Positions 1 through 10,908 of a stretch of 64,000 nt of DNA are shown here, one piece after another. Both the position numbers and the translations under genes were made by a program. How positions within the stretch are numbered: position 1 is the stretch's first letter; each line of letters starts with the position of its first letter. The notes beneath the pieces were generated by a model. It was not told the origin of the DNA. It ran no database searches and saw nothing but the letters and a program-made list of their open reading frames with translations. This stretch comes from Macrostomum lignano (Eukaryota): NCBI GenBank assembly GCA_002269645.1, contig NIVC01001770.1, positions 1 through 64,000 of the forward strand. The letters are read 5' to 3'.

Positions 1-934
1 TTAACATTACTAGTGTCTCGGTCCTCAGCACTCTCTGCTCATTTGAATCATTTGCATGCCTTAGCTGCATTGGTGGGCCACCAGTGGCGCTAGAATAGAA
101 GCCATTTGAATCATTTGCATGCCTTAGCTGCATTGGTGGGCACCAGTGCGCTAGAAATAGAAGCCATTGATCTATGTCCTGATGCTGCTGCTGCTCTTAG
201 CTTTTCACGCATCATGTCATGAGTGATATGCTCTTTTGATATAGGGCTAAGCTTGCACAGATACTGCAATGTGCTTGAGACGCTACACTTGTGCCTCAGG
301 CCTTTGTCTACAAGTGAGTGGCACCTAGTGCAGGGCTTCTCCGAGTTTCTGCTCTGGCTTCAAGTTGTTTTCTACAGGTCATCCTTGGGGCAGTAAGGGC
401 AGTTTATGGTTGCCCCGCTGCTCTTAGGCATATATGGGTGCCAGACTGCCAGACTGCTTGTTTGATAGGCCAGAAACCACCTGGCAAATACAGCAAGAGT
501 AATGCAGATGTTCACATGTGAGTTGTGGAAAAACCTCTAAGTCTGCAACAATTTAAAGGTATGGCAGTTGAGCAGGCAGTTCTTGCAGTATAGGTGACAT
601 CTGTAACTGCAATTTCTTGCTGCAGCAGTTGTACATGCCTCTTGGCAGGGTGTTATGGATATAGGCATGACAGAATTCTAGCAGGATAATTTGCTTAATG
701 AGTTCTGCCTGAGCAGCTAAAATAATGACTCTATAATTCTTTTATTGTTTTGGTTGCTCAAATATATGAAATAAATCTTTTCTACCAATATACCTTTTAG
801 GATATGACCACGTTTCTATATCATGTGTAATATATATCAAGATTCTAGTTTGAATGTATTAGCTAATTTAGCTAAGCTATTTTTATATTGCTTTTATTTC
901 TCATAATAGTAATATGTTTAGTATTTAATTTAGT

Positions 935-1230
935 ATATTTAGATTATACTTGCCCTAATTGGGCTATATTTGCAACTGACAGCTAAGTCACTGCTATTGT
1001 ATAGTGCATCTGCAGGCTATATATGGCTATTTAATCTGAGGACCAGGGGTTGCCATATACCTTCAATTACCCTAGCTAATACTATACCCATTTTACTACT
1101 TAGTTAACTGAAGCAATGTAGAGTTAAGTGCCTTGCTTAAAGACAAATTTTTCTAGTAGGATCAGGAATTAACATTCAACCTTCAAGTTTTTAGTTCATG
1201 CTCTAGGCTACAACCCCCACTAGGCTACAA
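935..1230 (-). mobile_element. Degenerate tRNA/CORE-like SINE (family B), heavily C>T/G>A mutated
   Basis: Collinear with 54200-54480 (e.g. aactgaagcaatg-agagttaagtg-cttgct; caattaccc-agctaat). Confidence 0.75.
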
Positions 1231-1469
1231 CCTTAGTAGTAGTAGTTGCACATATAATTATAATAATCAATTATACCATCATTAATTAGTAAGTTAGCCT
1301 TTCTTACTTTTATAATGATCCTCACCAATTATATACAGGCCAAGACATTGATCCATTTTGTTATTTTAAGGAATTTAGTAGCCCTTTAGTCCTTTTTTGA
1401 ATAGATTTGCATGAATTTAGTTATGCACATGAGCTAGCAATGTACAAAGTATCTCTCTCCAAATTTTAG

Positions 1470-2628
1470 TGACTACCTGTTCAAACTTCTTCTAATTGGC
1501 GATTCTGGTGTTGGCAAGAGCTGCTTGTTGTTGCGCTTTGCTGATGACACTTACACTGAGAGTTACATCAGCACTATTGGTGTGGACTTCAAGATCCGTA
1601 CTATCGAATTGGATGGCAAGACCATCAAGTTGCAGGTTGGTTGTTATGTAACTTTACTCATGTTTCTTGTGTTCTTGGCGCCCCTGGTGCCTTGGCGCCC
1701 CTGGTGCCTTGGCGCCCCTGGTGCCTTGGCGCCCCTGGTGCCTTGGCGCCCCTGGTGCCTTGGCGCCCCTGGTGCCTTGGCGCCCCTGGTGCCTTGGCGC
1801 CCTTGGTGCCTTGGCGCCCTTGGTGCCTTGGTGTAGTTTGTAAAAGTCTATCTTTTACTTAATCGGAAGCGTAACTCCCCAACTAAATTTCTCACCTTGT
1901 CAACGTTGAAGATTTGGGACACGGCTGGCCAAGAGCGCTTCCGCACCATCACCTCTTCCTACTACCGCGGCGCCCACGGCATCATCGTAGTGTACGACGT
2001 CACGGATCAAGAGTCCTTCAACAATGTGAAGAACTGGCTACAGGAGATTGACCGCTACGCCTCCGAGAATGTTAACAAGTTGCTTGTTGGCAACAAATGC
2101 GATCTGACGGCTAAGAAGGTGAGCGATCACCTCAGCCTCCGGTCATCATCTCTGACAGCACCTCAGCCTCCATCTTCATTTCTGACAGCACCCCAGCCTC
2201 CCATCTTCATTTCTGACAGCACCTCAGCCTCCCATCTTCATTTCTGACAGCACCTCAGCCTTCCATCTTCATTTCTGACAGCACCTCAGCCTGCCATCGT
2301 CATCTCTACTAGCACCACATCCTCCCATCTGTAAAAATGCTTATTATGCTACTAACAGTATTATAAGACAAATCCGTATCTGACAATATCCGATCCGCAG
2401 GTGGTGGACTTTGCCACAGCCAAAGAGTACGCTGACAAACTCGGAATTGTGTTCCTAGAGACCAGCGCCAAGAACTCAACCAACGTTGAGCAGGCTTTCA
2501 TGTCGATGGCGGCGGAGATCAAGTCTAGGATGGGTCCGGTGGGAAACACCCAGCAGCAGAAGCCGACCATCAAAGTGAGTCCCGGCACGCAGCCTGTGAA
2601 ATCGTCCGGCGGAGGTTGCAGTTGCTAA
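1470..2628 (+). CDS. RAB1: Ras-related small GTPase Rab1 (coding exons 2-4; exon 1 not found in window)
   Basis: Exons 1470-1635, 1912-2118 and 2401-2628, all with AG/GT boundaries and compatible phases. They read (Y)[55 protein letters not shown]|[25 protein letters not shown]...NKCDLTAKK|[12 protein letters not shown]...ETSAK...GGGCSC*. AATAAA at 2848-2853. Confidence 0.97.
1676..1831. repeat. 17-bp minisatellite (ccttggcgcccctggtg), about 9 copies, in a Rab1 intron
   Basis: Direct reading of tandem units. Confidence 0.95.
2128..2330. repeat. About 31-bp minisatellite (cacctcagcctcccatcttcatttctgacag) in a Rab1 intron
   Basis: About 6 diverged units starting 9 nt after the donor. Confidence 0.9.
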
Positions 2629-2954
2629 GGAAACAATAGGCAGTTGACTTAGGGACGCTTTTGTTGCCAGTGGCAATACACTGCTGCGTTTTGTTCTTTT
2701 ATTTTAAATTCCACACACTAGTTAATTTTTGGTCTGACTCTTAATAGAATCGCCTTAGCTGGTGGTCTATGTGCGTGTTTTTACTGTTATTTATTAATTA
2801 TTGATTTATCAATGCCTCAAACTCAATACTAAACATTTATTGTGTCCAATAAATTCTGTGTCCAGTTGTGGGACCCTGTAGACAGAAGAATTTTTTTAAA
2901 CTTTGTTCATTTCTATTCTTTAACAATGCCAACATTCTCAGCTCCTTCAGAAAT

Positions 2955-3490
2955 CGATCAGGATCTGCCGGTGGGTCACTGACCCCCCCATTAGGATTTG
3001 TTAGTGAGTCACTAATCCCCTATCAGGATCTGCCGTCGGGTCACTAATTCCCCATCAGGATCTGCCGGTGGGTCACTAATTCCCCATCAGAATCTGCCGG
3101 TGGGTCACTAATTCCCCATCAGGATCTGCCGGTGGGTCACTAATTCCCCATCAGGATCTGCCGGTGGGTCACTAATTCCCCATCAGGATCTGCCAGTAGG
3201 TCACTAATTCCCCATCAGGATCTGCCGGTGGGTCACTAATTCCCCATCAGAATCTGCCGGTGGGTCACTAATTCCCCATCAGGATCTGCCGGTGGGTCAC
3301 TAATTCCCCATCAGGATCTGCCGGTGGGTCACTAATTCAATTAGGATCTACCGGTGGGTCACTAATTCCCCATCAGGATCTGCCGGTGGGTCACTAATTC
3401 CCCATCAGGATCTGCCGGTGGGTCACTAATTCCACCTTTAGGATCTGCCGGTGGGTCACTAATTCCCCATTAGGACTTGCTGGTGGGTCA
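2955..3490. repeat. 32-bp minisatellite (atcaggatctgccggtgggtcactaattcccc) downstream of Rab1
   Basis: Period 32 (tctgccggtg at 3061 and 3093). Confidence 0.95.
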
Positions 3491-6400
3491 ACTGCTTAAC
3501 AACAACAACGCATAGACACTAGGACACAGACAAAACTATTATCAAATTAGTATGGCCCAACTTAAATCTGTTTCTATAGCAACCATTCCTAACTGCATTA
3601 CCTATTATCTAATCAATTTGAATTTCCAACTGTTTATTCAGGCCTGTTTATCGCTGCTTAATTTCGATTCCTCGTTATATTTTTGTTGTCCTGCAAAGGT
3701 GTTTTTTGTTATAAACGGTTACTAAGGCCTATGAATAATCCTGCTTGCCCTCATCTTGTTTGTATCTTTCATTTTGCTTGAGAGTTTTTAATTAGCTTTG
3801 TCAAGTTTCAATTCACTGGTTAGTTAGTAGTAAGTAGGTAGTATTTTAAGTAGTACAAGCTATCTTTTGTCTCTTTTTAAAATAAATTTAATAAATATTA
3901 GGGTGAGCATACAAACGAAAGTACATATTGTACCTTAATTTTAGACGTAATAAAAAGTACGACTGTACCGACATAATTCGAATTCTATTAACTCTCGCCT
4001 TCAGGTTACTTGTCTGTTACTCAACTTTTAAATTTCATTTCTTCATACGTGCTTACTTAGTTTAATTGAGATCGATTTGTTTAAGAACAAAAAACAGCAC
4101 TGTTTATCGATAGTTCAGCACACTATATTGCTGCTTCTGCGAGCCAATATTTGTCTTGAATACTCCCAATCTCTTTTGCTACACTTGTGATTGAAATTTT
4201 ATTTTTATGGCTGACAATGGCTCTATTCTTAACTGATTTGACCTTACATATTTGAATTGGACCTTATTTATAAATAAAGCCTTCCTGACTAAATTATATT
4301 GTGTTTATTGATGCCTGTCTTCTATGAATAATGGACGGTAATGAAATACTACTGAGTTCCGATTCATTGTTAATCGCTGTAATTCTCTCCGTGACTAGAA
4401 TAAACTAGTGCTGCTTGTCTCCACTGCAGTACGATTCATATTCTGTTTCTGGGTATGAAGCTGGCTTTGTTATTTTGTTATTTTGATTGATCGATTTTAG
4501 TTAGTGTTGAAAATGACTCACCTAGTTGGTTAGAAGGGTTTTTAGCTGAATAAAATAGTTGTAAACTCATTATTACATGTCAGAGGGATCACGAGCTTAT
4601 CAACTGAATAGATAAATAGATTTATTAGCTGGTGAAATATGCGGATTATATGTATCACCTGTTGCCAGTAATTTATAACAGTAATAGAACAATAACAATA
4701 GACGTCATTTTCCTAATAATCAATAGGGAAATTTGCCTAATTTGGTGTTCGTCGGAAGTTCACGTGGAGCCATCGTCGCGTGCGATGCTAAACTACACAT
4801 GCATTGTTACAGCCTACGGGAGCTGAATTAGGCAGGCAAGCCAGTCAATCAACTTATTGCCATTGTTTTCCCAATTGCGGAGCAAATTTTCTTGCACGCG
4901 CACGCGCTCAGTCTAGGCCATTCTATACTCTGCTTCAAACGTATTGCACAAGCGTTGCGAGGTTTCGGCAATGCAGAAGTTTCCTGAACAGTAGGAAGAC
5001 CAAAAAAGCCATTTTCCGCACGTCGAACTTACCAGGGGGCGTGGGTGGAATTTACTGGGGAAGTCAGTTGTGATTTGCCCACTATGGAGGCTTGAACATG
5101 CATCGGAACTCGATAAATTTGCAGCAGCGTGTCCATAGTCACTTGGTGGCCACCTGTTGAAGTCCAGAAGCTACGCCTGGGTGAAGGCAGTAACTAACGA
5201 AGTTGGAGCTGATATGCCTTGCAGATATGCACTAGCGCTTATGGAAAAAATCCGACCTGGCAGAATCGTAGAATATCTCGACGGTCCGGAGGACGGGCGA
5301 CTTGATCTTTCTTTTGAGAAGGTGCGCAACAATAGGTTAGCCCGTGTTCTTGAACTTTCGTGTGCCTGCGTTGCTCCGTTCCGACACAGCAAAAAAATTG
5401 TCGGAGGGGGATTTCCTACTTCCCCTTGGCAGTTCTGCTGTTAAAAAAGTGACAGCTTGGTCTTGGCGGAAGATGTTTCTACAATGCTCTACATTTGTGT
5501 GTGTAAATCTACTTATGGGCTGTTTCAACCCGGGCTATAGCTCCTGTGCCCAACGCTTGAATCGAATGCAATGAATGAAAGATATATTAATTTACAGAAT
5601 TGATTTACGGCATCTATAGCATAGCCGTGAGATCAGAGCGTTGAGTGCCAGACAGGAATCAGTTAAAATGGTAACCTTTTTGTGATATTCAATGCTGTGT
5701 AACCATTGCTTTTCGCAGCCTGACTGAGAATGAAGCCATCTAAGCTGAGATCGCCTCCATACGCTGCCTGCAAGGGACCTTGGCTGCGTCAATTTTCTTA
5801 GTCTATGGGCCATAGGCTGCAAAAGCTAAGCAGTGATAAAAAGCCATGCACCCACACTGAGAATTGATCGGTTTACGCGTGTTGCATTTTTTTTCAGTCT
5901 ATGGCCCATAGACTAAGGCAAGGCGCGGCGAAGGCCCCTCGCAGACAGTGTATGCAGGATTCTCAGTTAGGCTGTCAAAAGCAATACTAAAATAAATTCG
6001 TTCTCGATCGTTCTCGATCGAAGTTATCTATGGCCAAACCACAGAGCCTGTGGATCTGTGGGCAAAACCCCTAATAGCGCGCTGCTATGAATGGCAGCAA
6101 TTGTCAGGCAAAATACGTTTAGAATATATATATATTACGGCATTTGAACGTTGTCGCTCTCCGAAACTATAGCATTATGTTTTTCCATTTTTATTTTCCA
6201 AGAAACAATTACGCTCGCTCGCTTGGCCCCAACAAATACTTATAGGCACTTCAGCTTCTTATAAGTTAACCACAATTCATTTTCATTAATTTATCACTGG
6301 AATCAACTTACCTGACCTGATACTTTAGTGTAATCTGTATAAGTGCACACACTCGGTCTGCTTGTCATCGCAGCGGCGCTCACCATATCCATTTCGCAGA

Positions 6401-7728
6401 TTGAGTCTCTGCACTAGCTGTATGTACTGAACAAGTTGCATGCAGAGAGACGAGGTTAGGTCCATATTAGGTAAAGAGGTATACACACAGTGGCCACCGA
6501 TGGCTCTATATAGTCTATATCTATGATGATTATGGATTATTTAATGAGTCTAAGCTCAGATAACGCGTTCCTTCCTCTTTGAAGCTTTCCCCTTAAATAG
6601 CTTATAGTTGATGACTGCCGCGCCAGCAACTCACTCTGCTCTCGCTCACTCACTTTTTGCATTCATTTTATTGATGGAATATACCGGTAGGTGCCGGGAA
6701 GTTATTAATCCTCTGCGAGGAATTATCTCGCAGAGGATTATATAATTCTCTTCTCTGGCACAGTTCACAGCTGCCGCATGGGATGCAGTTTAATTCTAAA
6801 GCCGCAGACATTCACTTGCTCTGGGTAAACAGGCTAAGCGTTCGCTCAGTCGGCAAAAGCTATATATTGGGAATACATTTTGAGCATTTTTTATCTAGAT
6901 CCCTCTTGAGCTGCGCGGCTGGTCGCGCGTGCAGTTTTTGCCACTTTCTTCATCACCTTTTTACTCGGCAGCTGGGCGGCATTGGGTGAGTGGGAATTAG
7001 CATGTTCCCCGTCCAATGGCGAGCCCTCTCGCGGTCCATAGACTTTTGCATACGACTTGGACTGTGGCCCAATCGCAAATCTTACCAATTCTAGCATTTG
7101 CCAGCGGAAATTGTCCAAATTACATACGAGACTAGAAGGAGCCAGCGCTTTCATTATTTTTTACCTGCATTTCTATAATTACATGAAAGGCACTTTTGCT
7201 GTTATTAACTTTACAAATCAGATCGCCACTGACATTTATGGGTTCTTTGGAAGACAATTCTTCCAAAAGCTGTCCCACTTTGTCCGAAAATTGGGACAGC
7301 TCGTCCGAATCCCTACTGCTTTTCATTTGTCTTGAGCGAAGCGTCCACCAAGCTTGGAGTTTGTTAATTATTAATTAACTAATTTCATGTCTATAACTTT
7401 GTTGTGTCTTCTGCATGTATGCACTGAAATAGTGTTACGGTTTAGTGATCATTAAAACGATACGGGGTAATAAAAAAGCTGGCTTTGACTCGGTAATAAG
7501 TATCGAATGGATTTGAACGCTTGTATGAACTCGCGAGTATATTTATAACAAACGATAATCTTACGGGCATTTAAATTCACACTTATAAGCCTATTCCTAG
7601 AATTTTATGAATTAAAATTGGTACTGTAGTATTGTAATTCACAGGACAAGTAAAAAGGAAAATTTCCTGTACCGGCAGAGATTTTGTCCAATCTTTTGTT
7701 GCCTATAAATTTGAGCTTAGTCTAGCCG

Positions 7729-8031
7729 CACGGGTCGGCAAACTTTTTACATTGAGGGCCAGATAGAGTCTAGATCATTGCTGCGGGGCCAGGTGAGAAA
7801 GAAATGGGGAATAGATCAGAAAGAAGAGGAAACGGTAGATGAGAGATGAGAGAAGAGGTAAGAGGTGAGATAAGAGATAAGAGATGCGATAAGAGGTGAG
7901 GTGAGATGAGAAGAGAGGAGAGAACAAGAGGAGAGGAGTTGAGAGGAGAGGGGAGAGGAGAGAGAGAGGAGTGGAGAGAAGAGACAAACCATGAGCGAGC
8001 GGTTTTAAAGGCCGAAGTTTTTCGACCCCTG
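7729..8031 (-). mobile_element. hAT/Charlie-type MITE with GA-rich interior
   Basis: Ends are cacgggtcggcaaact and agtttttcgacccctg. The subterminal gagggccagatagag is the reverse complement of the 3' ends of the 12668 and 30177 copies. No clear TSD. Confidence 0.7.
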
Positions 8032-8290
8032 GTAGCCTTTGTTAATGAGATTTTTAGTCGCCGGGTGTGCGTGTTGCCTTCTAGTCCAGGTCTCCCCCCG
8101 GACCCAGAGTCCTTGCCCTATCCCTATTTGGTAGGGGAAGATGCGGGATAAAAACAGGCCCCACTCTCCAGCCTGCGTCAGTTTTCCCATCGGTTTTGTT
8201 GAGCTAGCAGCGGATAAAGCCCTATTTCAATATCCTCCCTCTGGCAGCCGATCGTGAACTCTCCCAAAGTCTCTAATACTTGGCCCGAGA

Positions 8291-10600
8291 ATGAATGGTG
8301 AGCTGGAGGGAAGCTTCTTTATTCGTATATAGCTGACAATCCAGCATCAATGAGATCTATCTGAGCCGCTGTCTCGTGTGCAATATATTTCAGTGAGGAA
8401 TCTCGTCTCCGGCTTGGCCCTGCTGTTCGCCCTGCTAGCTGGCAGCGCTACGTGCTACCGCCAGCTCGTCAGGAAGGGTGAGAAACCGATTAGCACTTGA
8501 TGGTGTGGCATGAGGGAGGCTGATAGTGGCTGCTAACTGTTATATAGCTTTGTGATGAAACTGGCGGAGCATCTATATGCAGTTCTTCCATCTAGGGTTC
8601 ACGGTCAAGTTGTACTATCTATAGCTGAATAGTTTTCTATAGTCCCAGCCCAGCCTCTCTGCTGTGCATTTCTGATTCAATTATTACTAATAAAATTATA
8701 CTATGGGAGTCATTAGATTGCTCTTCAGCTAGCCGATCAGCGAATCAATACGCATTAGCGAGATGGGAACTTTTTCTGCTTTTGTTTCCAACAGCCACTT
8801 AACTGACATTTTGTCTCACCTTCTGAACTTTTGAAGAGCACACGAAGTTAGCGAGATAGGAAAATTTAGTTTTTTTAGCAAATGAAGCAAGCTTTGTCCG
8901 AGGTGCAATCAGAAGTTTATCAATGGTATATATTCCCCATTTATACCAGTGCTAAGGCAATAAATTTGTCCCAAAAAGACAGACACTTTCAATCCGAGAG
9001 ATACCTACGAGCATACAGTATGGCCATTGGTATTACAGTATTACCATATACTACCGGAGAAGATGATCTTACGGACTGACATTCTCAGATTTATGAGCAG
9101 TTAATGTAGACTTTCCTATTGGCATTCAATGTAAGGCAATCTCAGTACTCAGCAATCTAGTTCATATCGCATTCTTGACCCTGTTCCAGCCTCTGAGCCC
9201 GCTGAAGCCGCTAAACCTGGAGGTGACTTTTTAAAAACTCTCTTACCTAAGATCTTGTTTATTCGCACCTGGGCACAGAATTTTTTATTTTTTTATTTAC
9301 TCTTGCGCAAGTGTGTGATCGAAAACTTTGATTCATTTGGTATAGTAAAACTCATGTGATTTCTCACTCTTTATAATTCATAACTACTGTTTAATTTGGT
9401 CCTTCAGTGAACCTTTGCTGCCCTCCCCTATGGTCCTTCAGTGAATCTTTGCTGCCCTCCATGGTCCTTCAGTGAATCTTTGCTGCCCTCCATGGTCCTT
9501 CAGTGAATCTTTGCTGCCCTCCATGGTCCTTCAGTGAACCTTAACTGCCCTCCCATATGGTCCTTCAGTGAACCTTAGCTGCCCTCCCCTATGGTCCTTC
9601 AGTGAACCTTTGCTGCCCTCCCCTATGGTCCTTCAGTGAACCTTAGCTGCCCTCCCCTATGGTCCTTCAGTGAACCTTAGCTGCCCTCCATGGTCCTTCA
9701 GTGAACCTTTGCTTCCCTCCCCTATGGTCCTTCAGTGAACCTTTGCTGCCCTCCCCTATGGTCCTTCAGTGAACCTTTGCTTCCCTCCCCTATGGTCCTT
9801 CAGTGAACCTTTGCTTCCCTCCCCTATGGTCCTTCAGTGAACCTTTGCTGCCCTCCCCTATGGTCCTTCAGTGAACCTTAGCTGCCCTCCCATATGGTCC
9901 TTCAGTGAACCTTAGCTGCCCTCCCATATGGTCCTTCAATGAACCTTTGCTGTCCTCCCCTATGGTCCTTCAGTGAACCATAGCTGTCCTCCCCTATGGT
10001 CCTTCAGTGAACCATAGCTGCCCTCCCCTATGGTCCTTCAGTGAACCTTAGCTGCCCTCCATGGTCCTTCAGTGAACCATAGCTGCCCTCCATGGTCCTT
10101 CAGTGAACCATAGCTGCCCTCCATGGTCCTTCAGTGAACCATAGCTGCCCTCCCGTAGGGTCCTTCAGTAAACCATAACTGCCCTCCCCTATGGTCCTTC
10201 AGTGAACCATAGCTGCCCTCCATGGTCCTTCAGTGAAAATTTGCTGCCCTCCCCTAGGTTCCTTCAGCAAGCTGCTGGAAAGTTAGGGTACAATTCTTAA
10301 AGAGCGTGCAATGCAAGAGTTACCTACAGCTATTGTGTTTTGCTTACTATCTTCTGATATCCTTAATTTTATTTGAATTTCTGCTGATTTTCAACTGGCA
10401 AACAAATACCCATGCCGCAGGCAGCGCTCTCGGCAACGATTGTCCTAAGACAGCGCCCTGGCCCTGCAAGAGCGGCCAGTGCCTCTCCTTCTCCTTCATC
10501 TGCGACGGTCGGCAGGACTGCGAGGACGGCTACGATGAGGACACGGCCCTGTGCACTGCCAGTGAGTCATCTGCCTGTGTCTGTGCCTGTTTCTGTGTCC

Positions 10601-10641
<41 letters not shown>

Positions 10642-10769
10642 TGTCTGTCTGTCTGTCTGTCTTAGTGTCTGTCTGTGTCTATCTGTCTGTGTGTCTGTCT
10701 GTCTTAGTGTCTGTCTGTGTCTCTCTTTCTGTGTGTCTGTCTGTCTTAGTGTCTGTCTGTGTCTGTCTG

Positions 10770-10812
<43 letters not shown>

Positions 10813-10825
10813 GTCTGTCTGTCTC

Positions 10826-10908
<83 letters not shown>

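Noticed and set aside
41-166. 63-bp tandem duplication at the window start
   Set aside because: The two copies differ only by homopolymer-length changes (gggcc/gggc, gtggc/gtgc, gaat/gaaat). This is the pattern of long-read error or a mis-join, so it was not treated as biology.
5592-5822. Minus ORF with KKVTILTDSCLALNAL, resembling a non-LTR RNase H motif
   Set aside because: A single short motif; no RT motifs (e.g. YADD) were found nearby.
7132-7326. Minus ORF (LLEELSSKEPINVSGDLICKV) resembling an L2/CR1 endonuclease segment or an exon ending cag|gtaaaa
   Set aside because: The GDFN motif is not intact and no partner exons could be linked.
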